64,000 bases of DNA, taken from Akkermansia muciniphila. Its GTDB lineage: Bacteria > Verrucomicrobiota > Verrucomicrobiia > Verrucomicrobiales > V1-33. The first letter of the stretch is position 1; each line of letters begins with the position of its first letter. This document shows positions 9,076-18,800 of the stretch, piece after piece. Under the pieces are notes generated by a model. That model had not been told where the DNA came from. It saw only the letters and a list, made by a program, of their open reading frames with translations, and did no database searches. The position numbers and the translations under genes were made by a program. Where the stretch lies: NCBI GenBank assembly GCA_945861415.1, contig CAMAUV010000001.1, forward strand, positions 45,389 to 109,388. Direction: 5' to 3'.

Positions 9076-9978
9076 ATGGATGTTTATGTCATGAAGAACG
9101 GGACAAGGCAGGGGCCGTTCCTTCCGTTTCGGCTCACCGAAATGCTGGAGGACGGATCGCTCGTGCCCCAGGACTTAGTATGGCATGACGGCATGGAGAA
9201 ATGGAAGCCGCTCGGAGAGGCCGAATCGCTGCGCACCGTTCTTAAATCCCCGGCTCCGGTCACGCAGGAATCCCCTCCCGGCATAGAGGACGCGGACCAG
9301 TCGGCCGACCCGCCGCCCATTCCTCGCCAGCGTGACCTCCCGCTCTCTCAAGGATCGGCGCTCCAAATTGCTAGGGAGCGCCGCCGTCTTGCATGGCGCC
9401 GGTTCTTTGCCCGGCAGATCGACTTCGGCATCGCAGCGGGCATCGCCATCGGCGGCACTGTGGCCACCGGCCTAGGTAGCGCATGGGAATTGCTCTCCGG
9501 GTTCGGTCCCGTTGCCATCACATTTGGCTGGATGTTCATGGAGGCCGTGTTGCTCAGCACCACCGGTAGCACTCCTGGCCGCGACATGCTGGGCATCCGT
9601 GTGTTTCATGGGGAGACGGAAAAGCCATCATTCCTCACAGCACTCAAGCGTTCAGCTCTCGTGCTCGCTGCCGGTCTCGGCCTTGGCTTGCCGTACATGC
9701 CGCTGATCATCGCGCAGTGGATGTTTTCGTTCTGGCAGTTTAATAGACTTGGCACCACCCTCTGGGACAGAGCCTGCGGCACGCGGGTGGCCTACCGTAA
9801 ACTCACGCTCATCCATGGCGGAGCCATAGCGACGTTCATGGCCGCTCTCTTTGCGCTCACCTTCTGGATGCAATACTACGCCCCGCTGCCCCAGAATATG
9901 TCACCCGAGCTGAGGAAGGGGATGGAGCAGGCTAGAAAGGAATTCTTCGAAAACATAAATCAGCGAAAGCAGGGCTGA
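9076..9978 (+). CDS. GYF_2 (DUF4339) domain fused to an RDD-family membrane domain
   Basis: The N-terminus NGTRQGPF...DLVWHDGMEKWKPLGE is the DUF4339 signature. The C-terminal half has RDD-type hydrophobic segments (RRFFARQIDF...). Confidence 0.7.
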   Translation: MDVYVMKNGTRQGPFLPFRLTEMLEDGSLVPQDLVWHDGMEKWKPLGEAESLRTVLKSPAPVTQESPPGIEDADQSADPPPIPRQRDLPLSQGSALQIARERRRLAWRRFFARQIDFGIAAGIAIGGTVATGLGSAWELLSGFGPVAITFGWMFMEAVLLSTTGSTPGRDMLGIRVFHGETEKPSFLTALKRSALVLAAGLGLGLPYMPLIIAQWMFSFWQFNRLGTTLWDRACGTRVAYRKLTLIHGGAIATFMAALFALTFWMQYYAPLPQNMSPELRKGMEQARKEFFENINQRKQG

Positions 9979-10636
9979 ACGACCCCCGCCAGTCTTGCCT
10001 TTGTCTCGGAGGAGTCCTTAACTGGGCGCATGAGAGCCGCCGCCTTCCTCTGTCTGCTGCCGTGCAGCACTGCCGTGGCTAATGGTTAGCATTCAGATCG
10101 CTTCGCGCCCACGCCGCCGGATCCGGTCGTGGTGAATCGCGTGCTCTTCGAACACAGCTGCGGCTCGCTGGAAGTGCGCAGGTTCTCCCAGCCGGGAGAT
10201 TTGCTTGCTTGGGAATTGCTCAAGGAAACGACGGCACCCGGCACGCCGCAACAGCTCCGGCATAGAAGTGGCCCGCGAATAGTATTGACGGCGCATCGCC
10301 GGCTACTGACCAAAACGATTCCGGGAGTTTCTGCGCCCGGACAGTGATGAAAAACTTTGGGGACCAGTCACTTCAGAGTTTGCGCACGTCCGTCCTAACA
10401 GCATTAGCGAAACGCTTGGCGGCGGCGGATTCATGTCCGTATGGGACACCCCATGCAGGATTCATACGTATACCCGCCCGGACCTCATGGAGAAGATCGC
10501 CCCGCAGATATCAAGAGGTGAACGGTATGGGCTGATGGTGGAAAAACGCCGGTAAGGCTGCCTGTAGCGACCGCCCCTCTAGAACCCTGCACGTTCCCCT
10601 CTTGTCAGCATGCCCGGCTAGCGCCCTCATCAGCGC

Positions 10637-11569
10637 ATGATCGAAGTGCAACACCTCACCAAACGCTTCGCCGGACGCACGGCAGTGGACGACATTTCCT
10701 TTTCCGTAGGGAAGGGGGAAATTGTCGGTTTTCTGGGGCCCAATGGCGCAGGAAAATCGACCACGATGCGGATGCTCACCGGCTACCTCCCGGCGACCGG
10801 CGGCGGAGCCCGCGTGGCGGGGCACGATGTATTCACCGATTCCCTCAAAGCCCGCCGGGAGATCGGATACATGCCGGAGAATGTGCCGGTCTACGATGAC
10901 ATGCGGGTGGAGGAGTTTCTGAAGTTTCGCGCCGGGCTGAAAGGTCTGCGAGGGCGCGATGTGAAGGATAGCATGGGCCGGGTGATGGACATGACCGGCC
11001 TCAAGGACGTTAGCCGCAAAATGGTGAGCAGCCTCAGCAAAGGCTATCGGCAGCGCCTCGGCCTCGCGGATGCGCTCATTCACAGGCCGCGCCTGCTCAT
11101 TCTCGACGAACCCACCAACGGCCTTGATCCGAATCAGATTCGTGCGGTGCGCACGCTCATTTCCCAACTCAGCCAGGAGCACACCATTTTGTTGAGCACC
11201 CACATTCTCGGCGAGGTGCAGATGAATTGCCGCCGGGTCATCATTATCCACAAAGGCAAAATTCGGGCGGATGACTCCCCGGACAACCTCGCAAAGAGCA
11301 GCCGGGCCGCCGCCACCATCACGGTGGAGGTCAAGGCTCCAGCAGAGGAAGCCGTCGATAAACTACAGGCCATCAAGGGCGTGCGCCGGGCCACCGTCAC
11401 ATCCGAGGAAGATGGCTGGCAGGTGCTGGAGGTCAAACCTGATGCCGAATGCGATGTCCGCGAATCCATCTGCCAAGCCGCGCGCGACAACAAATGGCCG
11501 TTGCGCGAACTGGGCCGCCGCCAAGCCACGCTGGAGGACGTCTTCGTTGAGATCACCCAGCGGGATTGA
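10637..11569 (+). CDS. ABC transporter ATP-binding protein (ABC-2/GldA-like), with no adjacent permease
   Basis: Walker A is GPNGAGKST, the signature is LSKGYRQRLGLA, and Walker B is LLILDEP. Confidence 0.9.
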   Translation: MIEVQHLTKRFAGRTAVDDISFSVGKGEIVGFLGPNGAGKSTTMRMLTGYLPATGGGARVAGHDVFTDSLKARREIGYMPENVPVYDDMRVEEFLKFRAGLKGLRGRDVKDSMGRVMDMTGLKDVSRKMVSSLSKGYRQRLGLADALIHRPRLLILDEPTNGLDPNQIRAVRTLISQLSQEHTILLSTHILGEVQMNCRRVIIIHKGKIRADDSPDNLAKSSRAAATITVEVKAPAEEAVDKLQAIKGVRRATVTSEEDGWQVLEVKPDAECDVRESICQAARDNKWPLRELGRRQATLEDVFVEITQRD

Positions 11570-11578
11570 TGCCGCTGA

Positions 11579-12217
11579 TCAGGCGTTGATATACTCGCGC
11601 ATGGCCCCGAGAATCACGACCACGGAGCAGGCACCGGCGTCCGGGTGACCAATGCTGGCTTCTCCCAGAGTCTTCGCACGCCCAAGCGTGGCGATCATGG
11701 CCTTGCTGGCTTCCCGTCCCGCTTCGGCTGCTGCTGCCACCGCGTCGATCGCTTCCGGCAGAGAAAGTCCCGTTAGTTCTGCCGCCCTAGCCGCAGCCGG
11801 ATGCAAGGCGTCCACCATAGTTTTGTCGCCGGGTTGGGCTTTGCCGCGGGCCTGAACGCCATCGCAGGCACCACGGAGGAACGCCGCCAGCCCTGCGGCA
11901 TCTAGGTCGGCCCGGCCAGCAAGCGCTTTGCCGCCATCACGGAACAGAGTGCCAAAGAGCGCACCGCTGGCCCCTCCCATGCTGGAAATCATGGCCATTC
12001 CGGCAGCGCTAAAGATCTTATCAATCGCCTCTTCAGCGCCCAGCGTGCCAATCTTTTCCTTCACCGCAGTGAACCCGCGCTGCATTCCGAGGCCGTGGTC
12101 ACCGTCGCCCAGATTCCGGTCGGCTTCGCTGAGATAAGGTTCAGCAGCGATCACGGCATCGGCCACGGCTAGTATCATGGCTTTGGCATGGTCAGGGGCG
12201 AGAGTAGTCTTGGGCAT
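11579..12217 (-). CDS. dhaL: dihydroxyacetone kinase subunit L (DAK2 domain)
   Basis: The DGDHGLGM motif sits in a DAK2-type helical protein. The ATG at 12217 (MPKTTLAP...) is preferred over the track start at 12268. Confidence 0.8.
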   Translation of the reverse strand: MPKTTLAPDHAKAMILAVADAVIAAEPYLSEADRNLGDGDHGLGMQRGFTAVKEKIGTLGAEEAIDKIFSAAGMAMISSMGGASGALFGTLFRDGGKALAGRADLDAAGLAAFLRGACDGVQARGKAQPGDKTMVDALHPAAARAAELTGLSLPEAIDAVAAAAEAGREASKAMIATLGRAKTLGEASIGHPDAGACSVVVILGAMREYINA

Positions 12218-12406
12218 AAGGTTGGGACAAATCTGCTTTTGAATAGCGGTTGGAGCGAACCAATGCAAGTCAGGAACGATTAAGAAACGCTCTCAGAAGA
12301 ACTGGAAACATCCGTATCCATCGGGAGTTTTAGAATCTCAATGGATCGTCCCAAAGGGTAAAATTGCTGAATTTCAAAGAAATTAGAGTCAAAATTGAAA
12401 AAACCC

Positions 12407-12434
12407 TTGCATTTCCATATAAAATTAGTAGAAT
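12407..12434 (+). promoter_or_regulatory. candidate sigma-70-type promoter within an AT-rich intergenic island
   Basis: TTGCAT (12407-12412), a 16-nt spacer and TAGAAT (12429-12434) lie about 100 nt upstream of the ATG at 12533. The flanks contain phased A/T tracts (AAATT/AAAATT repeats). This is a pattern match only. Confidence 0.3.
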
Positions 12435-12532
12435 TTAGAGCCTGCTTGGCGGCCATTTTATGATTTCCATAAATGACACTGCCTCCAGCACATTTCTTAC
12501 CGGCCTGCACCGTACACATCCACCATCTCAAT

Positions 12533-13093
12533 ATGCCAGAAGAAAAGCCAGAACTCATGACCGTGAAGGAAACCGCAGAATACCTGCGAATTCCTCTACC
12601 GACCGTTTATTACCTAGTCCAGCGCGGCCAGCTTCCAGCCATACAAATTGGCGGCCGCTGGCGCATTAAGCGTAGTCTGCTCGACCGCGATGTGCTCAAG
12701 AACGAAGGATCCGGCCAGCCTACCGTCCTCGTCGTGGACGATGACGCGCAGTTGCAGACCATCTTTAAGCAATTCCTCAAGAAAGCCGGTTTCGGACGCA
12801 TCGTCGTCGGGAGCGGGGCAGAAGCCATTTCCTTTGCGGAAAAGCAGCGATTTGACCTCGTCTTCCTTGACCTCCAACTGCCTGACATCCCAGGCGACGA
12901 AGTTTACGGTCGCCTCAAGGAAATCCATCCGGACCTGCCAATCGTCATCATCACCGGCTACCCCGACAGCGAAATCCTGAGCAAGATCCTGATGAAAGGT
13001 CCCGTGACCGTCATCAAGAAGCCGATCGAACTCGAGCAGCTCAACCGCACGGTGAAGCAACTCGGCCACAAGGGCATGGAAATGCCAGTCTGA
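12533..13093 (+). CDS. response regulator with an N-terminal excisionase-type (HTH_17/MerR-like) DNA-binding domain and a C-terminal receiver
   Basis: LMTVKETAEYLRIPLPTVYYLVQRGQLPAIQIGGRWRI is the excisionase-family HTH. The receiver has VLVVDDD, the phospho-acceptor context LVFLDLQLPD, IVIITG, and IKKP. Confidence 0.85.
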   Translation: MPEEKPELMTVKETAEYLRIPLPTVYYLVQRGQLPAIQIGGRWRIKRSLLDRDVLKNEGSGQPTVLVVDDDAQLQTIFKQFLKKAGFGRIVVGSGAEAISFAEKQRFDLVFLDLQLPDIPGDEVYGRLKEIHPDLPIVIITGYPDSEILSKILMKGPVTVIKKPIELEQLNRTVKQLGHKGMEMPV

Positions 13094-13129
13094 TTCGGCA
13101 GATCGACGATACCCCTCCTTAACCCCGGG

Positions 13130-13170
13130 CAGCGGAGTTCTCCATCGAGGAGCCTCCGCTGTTCGCTTTT
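13130..13170 (+). terminator. possible rho-independent terminator after the response regulator
   Basis: The stem is CAGCGGAG (13130-13137) paired with CTCCGCTG (13154-13161), followed by the T-rich TTCGCTTTT. The 16-nt loop is long, so confidence is low. Confidence 0.3.
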
Positions 13171-13441
13171 CCGGGTAGGTCAAAACCGCCAGCGCCAATT
13201 AGCTAAAAAAAACGCACCGCATCTATCCAAGGGCATGGATGCAGCGCTCCGAGGAAGGAAGTATCGCGATTTATACGATGCTATCCGGTCTGGCGAAGCA
13301 TAGCCGGAAAATTGTCCCCGCAAGAGACAGAAAATCTCAGCCAATGTCCGGCCACCCCGGATTCATTGCGGACCTGAATGAACTGCAATTTCGCAAAAAT
13401 TGCTGTCAGACCGGCCCCTAAGCGTGGTTGATACTGGTGAA

Positions 13442-13650
13442 ATGAGTCTGGACGGCACCGATGACCGCACGCTGCTCCTATCATGGGCGCGGGATGGTGC
13501 GCAGCCAGTCTTTGCCTCGCTGTCGCAACGGTATGCGGGGCTCATCTACCACGCGGCGCTGTGGCAGATGGCTCGACCGAAACTGGCGGAGTAGGTCGCA
13601 CAGCCTGCTATGAAGCGGCGAAACTGCTTCGCCGCGAAAACGGCCATGCT
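13442..13650 (+). pseudogene. decayed N-terminal remnant of an ECF sigma-70 factor
   Basis: MSLDGTDDRTLLLSWARDGAQPVFASLSQRYAGLIYHAALWQMARPKLAE-TAG-VAQ... matches the region 1.2/2 layout of PVC ECF sigmas (...LAE[D/E]VxQ). The frame is cut by TAG at 13592-13594 and TGA 22 codons later. No region 4 follows. Confidence 0.5.
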
Positions 13651-13842
13651 CTTCGTATGAAATGCGCTGCGCTGCCCGACTTCAACCACGATCCCGATCC
13701 CTGAGCCGCCGCCGCCATCGCGCGCCCTGAACTCCGCACTGGAGCCCTTCATCGCTTCTGCATGGCATGGCAATCAACCCATGCCGCAGTCGCGGCGGCA
13801 TAATTCAAAGAGAAAAACTTTCCCGTGCCTCCGCAGCGGAGC

Positions 13843-14859
13843 CTATAGTAGTTCGGCAATCTGCACGGCGTTGAGCGCCGCGCCCTTGAGGAGTTGGTCC
13901 CCGACGACCCAGAACGATAGGCCGTTTTCCATGGCGCAGTCTTTACGGATACGGCCCACGGCGCAGTTGTCGCGGCCGGCCACATGGAGGGGCAGGGGGT
14001 ATTTGCTGCTGGCGGGATCGTCGATGAGATCGAGGCCTGGGGCGGCGGCTAGCACTTCGCGGGCGGCTGCGACGCTGATGGGTTTGTCGAACTCTGCACT
14101 GACGGCGATGCTGTGGGCGCGGAAGACGGGGACGCGCACGCAGGTGACCGAGGCGCGGAAGGTCGGGTGATGCATGATCTTGCGGCCTTCGTTTTCCATT
14201 TTCATCTCTTCCTTCGTGTAGCCGGTATCGAGGAAGGAATCGACCTGCGGCAGGACGTTGAAGGCGATTTGGTAAGGGTAAACTTTTGACTCAAGGTCGA
14301 GCGCAGCCGCGTCCCATGCGCGGTCTTCCGCCGCCCACTGGCGGGATTGGGCGGCCAGTTCTTCAATAGCTTGGGCTCCAGTGCCGCTGACGGCCTGGTA
14401 GGTGCTGGCGAAAACGCGGCTGCAGCCGAAGGCTTTGTGCAGCGGATAGAGTGCCATGAGGGTGATGGCGGTGCTGCAGTTCGGATTGGCGATGATGCCC
14501 TTGTGATTCTTGGCGTCGGCTCCGTTCACCTCGGGCACCACGAGGGGCACATCCGGATCAATACGGAAGGCGGAGGAGTTGTCCACGACGATGGCACCGG
14601 CGTTCACGGCATGGGGGGCGTATTCTTTGGAAATGCCGCCGCCAGCACTAAAGAGGGCTATGTCCACACCGGCAAAGCTTTCCGGGGTCAGATATTTGAT
14701 CGTGATGTCCGCGCCTTTGTATTTCAGCTTCTTCCCGGCGCTGCGGGCGCTGGCGAGGAGGGTGAGTTCGCGCACGGGAAATCCGCGGCGCTCAAGGCAC
14801 TGGATCATTTCGACGCCGACGGCTCCGGTGGCGCCCACGATGGCTACGTGTTTGGACAT
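13843..14859 (-). CDS. asd: aspartate-semialdehyde dehydrogenase
   Basis: The NAD(P) loop is VAIVGATGAVG, the active-site region is ANPNCSTAI, and the C-terminus is GAALNAVQIAELL. The length is 338 aa. Confidence 0.95.
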   Translation of the reverse strand: MSKHVAIVGATGAVGVEMIQCLERRGFPVRELTLLASARSAGKKLKYKGADITIKYLTPESFAGVDIALFSAGGGISKEYAPHAVNAGAIVVDNSSAFRIDPDVPLVVPEVNGADAKNHKGIIANPNCSTAITLMALYPLHKAFGCSRVFASTYQAVSGTGAQAIEELAAQSRQWAAEDRAWDAAALDLESKVYPYQIAFNVLPQVDSFLDTGYTKEEMKMENEGRKIMHHPTFRASVTCVRVPVFRAHSIAVSAEFDKPISVAAAREVLAAAPGLDLIDDPASSKYPLPLHVAGRDNCAVGRIRKDCAMENGLSFWVVGDQLLKGAALNAVQIAELL

Positions 14860-14948
14860 GTTTGGCAGGTAGGATGTAAGAGGTTGGAGGGAACAGGGAT
14901 TGAGGGAGGAGTTGAGGCTACCGGTTTGAGATTAGCCCCTGTCGGCAT

Positions 14949-14989
14949 AAAAAAAGCCTCCCGTTTCCCTTCGCCGGGAAACGGGAGGC
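14949..14989 (-). terminator. rho-independent terminator of the 66-aa gene
   Basis: A perfect 14-bp stem pairs GCCTCCCGTTTCCC (14956-14969) with GGGAAACGGGAGGC (14976-14989) around a 6-nt loop. A7 on the + strand (14949-14955) gives a U7 tail on the - strand transcript. The hairpin begins 22 nt after the stop at 15011. Confidence 0.8.
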
Positions 14990-15010
14990 GCATGAAACAA
15001 TGGAGGCGGC

Positions 15011-15211
15011 TTACTTCTTCTTGAGCATCGGGAGACCAGTGCGCTCATGTTCGATGGTCATGTAGCCATCAGGAAGACTGTCTATGGCTCCATCCTTCGC
15101 TTCACCGGCGAAATAATAAAGGGTGGTGATCCCGCCATCAGCGCGCTTTGTTTCGCGCTTGTGGAGGAAGTAGGTTTTGGCGGATTTTTTGCTGACGACG
15201 CTGAATGCCAT
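15011..15211 (-). CDS. small conserved hypothetical protein (66 aa)
   Basis: An ATG-started ORF with a strong terminator immediately downstream. The basic tail is LPMLKKK. No family is recognised with certainty. Confidence 0.55.
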   Translation of the reverse strand: MAFSVVSKKSAKTYFLHKRETKRADGGITTLYYFAGEAKDGAIDSLPDGYMTIEHERTGLPMLKKK

Positions 15212-15288
15212 AGTGGTGGTGTGTGTTGAGTTAGGTTGGGAGGAAAGAGGGAAGGTATACTCTGCGAGACCAAAAATACTTACGGATC

Positions 15289-15552
15289 CTAAACGAGCCC
15301 TGCCTCTTTGAGAACCGAAAAAGCACCATTTTTTGTCACTGTTTTCAGGGCACGTGCTGTGAGGCGCACCCGCACAAATTTCTTCAACTCAGGCACCCAG
15401 ATGCGCTTGTCGCGCAGGTTGGGGGAGAAGGTGCGATTCACTTTCTTGACGTGATTGAGACCGATACCACCGGACTTCTTGGACTTACCGCTGTGGTGAA
15501 TGCGGCGGCCGCGGTATTTACGGGCTCCTGTGACTTGGCAGACTTTAGCCAT
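15289..15552 (-). CDS. rpmB: 50S ribosomal protein L28
   Basis: MAKVCQVTGARKYRGRRIHHSGKSKK...RTFSPNLRDKRIWVPE is the L28 pattern. The gene ends at a TAG stop. Confidence 0.9.
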   Translation of the reverse strand: MAKVCQVTGARKYRGRRIHHSGKSKKSGGIGLNHVKKVNRTFSPNLRDKRIWVPELKKFVRVRLTARALKTVTKNGAFSVLKEAGLV

Positions 15553-15881
15553 GGTGATTTAGGTAAAAAGTTACGATTTTCTGGGGAAGGGGGCAGTCTG
15601 ATTAATCCATTCTCCGCCTTGGTCAAGAGATTTCCAAGGGGCAATATGGAGCTTTTTAGGGGCCGACGCCAGGGCTATTTGCCGATCAGTATGGCTACTC
15701 CGGTCTTTCGGAGCAGAGAATGGGTGCCGGTTTGGCCGTTAGTTCAGATGTAGCCGGGGCGATAAGCTTTTTTAATCCGGGTGCCCGATCTGCCGTCCTC
15801 GCTGCCATTCTGCACCCGGGCGCCGAGCGGAGCAAAATCGACCCGCGAGGAAAAGCTGGAACTAGTCTTTGCTTTTAGCCA

Positions 15882-18800
15882 ATGCCGCGTGCTAGGGTGT
15901 GCGCCCCATTTTCCCCTCCCTCAGACCTCCGCATGGAAATAGATCGCCCCACTCAAGTCTTTCTCGCACGTTTTCCTGAAACTGTGAACCGCGAAGCAGA
16001 ACGGTTGCGCTCAGAAAAGGCCGTGAAGCAGATTTTTGGCAGCCAGCACTTGATTCATGGCCGCGTGGAGGATGGCAGCGATGTCTATCAAATTACCTTG
16101 CGCCGCGGCTCCTCCGGCTGGGAATGGAGCGTGCAGGGACCGGAGGATCAATATCCGGCCGGTGTGGCGGCGGTGATGATGGAGCGCATCTCGCTGGGCG
16201 ACAAACTTCCGGAGAACCCCGATGGCAGCGCCGACGGATCGTCGCTCACAGAGATCCTCGAGTCCAAACTGGAACGTGCACTGACTGCCCAGGAGGACGT
16301 GCTGGTGGATAAAATTGAGAAGCGCTACCGCCGCTGGCTCATCGAGCAGAAGCTGTTTGATACCGACCTTATACGCATCAATCCCAAGTGGCCGGTGGAG
16401 AACTACGATCCCATAACCATCTGGCCGCAGCCGCCGCGGGACATTGTGCAATTTTGGAATTACATCGCGGCAGCTTTTCTGAAGCGGAAGTTGTTCGTGC
16501 CGAAGTTTCTCGACGTGCTGCTGCAGGCGGAGGAACAAACGGCCGAGCAGCTCAAGGCATGGGAGAGGCAGCGGGAACTGGAGGCATGGCAGCAACGGAT
16601 GCAGCGCCTGTCCGGTGAACGCGAAGCTGGGGTGCAGCATGGTGAATTGCGTGGCATGGTAACTACTCGGGAAGTGCGTCTGCAATACCGCCGCACGGAT
16701 GCCCTCGAAGGCCCGGAGCCATGGGCTGCACTACAGGGGGAGTTGTATCTCTCGCAGCTGCGCGAGGATGTGGCGTCGGGTGCCGTCTGCCTAACGCCGC
16801 TGAGCGAATCTCTCCTCAGCCAGTGGACCAGCCACTGGCCGGAGGGCGAGGTCCCGGCCCCCTCGCTAAGGCTGGAGGGCGCGCGCGACCGTGCTTTTCT
16901 CGGTCGTCTGCTTCGTCAGCCGGCTTTGAATGATCTGGTGGTCACGCTCGACGAGTTGGCCTTCCAGCACAGCGCCGAGCCGCTGCACTGGACCTGCGAA
17001 GCGCCTGATGCGGAGGACGAGGAGCAGGAAGTCTGGCTGCTTCAGCTGAATACTGCGGACGCTATGAGTGTAGTGTATGCCCTCACGGTGCTGCCCGGCC
17101 CGCGTCCCCAGTATCTGGCGGATGATACCGTTTATAATGGTCCTCCTCCGTGGATGGACGGTGCGGAGGCCATGCCTCGCACTGCGGTGCCCAAAGAGGT
17201 GATCGAAAGCGCGCAGGGGCTCGAATTCCTGCGCCGTCTGGGTGCACCTCTGCCGGAGGGCTTGCGCTCGCGGGTGGTGGAAATTGTGATGCATCCCCGC
17301 TTCAATCTGCGCATTGCCAAACGCGCCGGCAGCGGACCGGATGCTGAAGTTATTTTCGCTGAAGTCACCGCTAGTCATGCCGAGGGACTGCGCACGGAGG
17401 TGCTTGAGCGTGACGAATGGAATGTCTCCGCCAACAACACCCCGAATGACGGTCGCCTGCCGTGGTTTGACCGGCGGCTGCTTTATCCGGTGGCGGGTCT
17501 CATGGAGGACCTTGGCCTTGCGTGGGACCATACCGGCCGCCGGTTCCGTTCCCGCCTCACCAAGACCTTCCCCGACAAGTTCGTGAAATGGCTCGACCGC
17601 CTCCCACCGGGATCTGAAGTGGAACTGGACGACGACCTTAAGTCCCTGCGTGCAGATCCGGTTAAGGCCAGTGTTCGCTTTGAACTCACCGAGTCCGGCG
17701 AGATCGACTGGTTCGACCTCAAGGTCCTCGTGGATGTGGAGGGCATGGACCTCACCAAAGAACAAATCCGAGAACTCGTGGAGGCCCGTGGAGGCTTTGT
17801 TCGGATGCCCGACGGCCGTTGGCTGCGCCTGCAGCTCAGCCTCACCGAGGATCAGGAAAAAGCAGTCAATCACCTCGGGCTCGACGTTTACGATCTCTCA
17901 GACGAGACCCACCGCATGCACGTGCTCCAGTTGGCCGAGCCGCGGGCGCAGGAGATTTTTGACCCGGCCATCTGGGGGAATCTCGTCGAACGCGCTGGTC
18001 GCCTCAAGCTCCAGGTGCGGCCGCCGGTGCCGGCCATGTTCCAGCTCAATCTGCGTCCCTATCAAATCGAAGGCTTTCACTTCCTTGCCTACCTCACGAG
18101 CAATAATTTCGGCGGCATTCTCGCTGACGACATGGGTCTCGGGAAGACCGCGCAGGCCATCTGCTGGATGCTCTGGCTCCGCGAGCGCGCCGCCGCAGAA
18201 GCCGGCGACAACACAGATGTTCAGATCAAGCCCATCCTCGTCGTCGCTCCCAAATCCGTGCTTGATGTCTGGGCCGGTGAAACGCAAAAATTTTCCCCCG
18301 GTCTCCGCGTCCAGGTCATCCGCGACAAAGCAGAACTCGACGTTGAGAGACTGGGCAGAGAGATTGATCTCCTAGTCCTCAACTACAGCCAGTTGCGCGT
18401 GAATGGGGACAAGCTCAAAGCCATCGACTGGCTCAGTGTGGTGCTCGACGAAGGCCAGCAGATCAAGAACCCGGACAGCCTCGCGGCCCGTGCGGCGCGG
18501 GAATTGAAAAGCGAAACCCGCCTCGTTCTCTCTGGCACCCCGATCGAAAACCGCCTGCTCGACGTGTGGAGCCTCATGGCTTTTGCCATGCCGGGTGTGC
18601 TCGGAAACCGGAAGTATTTCCGCGACCGCTTTGACCGGCGCAAAGACGGCGGTGCGCAGCAGCGTCTCAGTGCGCGGCTCCGCCCGTTCCTTCTCCGCCG
18701 GACGAAAAATCAGGTGGCGCTCGATCTCCCAAGCCGCACGGAGGAGGACATCCTGACAAATCTGGAGGAAGCCCAGCAGGAACTTTACAACGCCGAGCTT

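Noticed and set aside
10093-10296. A 67-aa minus-strand ORF (MRRQYYSRATSMPELLRRAG...) considered as a small gene
   Set aside because: No family is recognised. It is antisense to an equally open + frame and could be a chance ORF in GC-rich DNA. It is mentioned only within the finding on the 650-bp gap.
12280-12558. A 92-aa minus-strand ORF across the AT-rich island
   Set aside because: It lies in promoter-like AT-rich DNA, overlaps the response-regulator start, and has an implausible composition. It is more likely non-coding.
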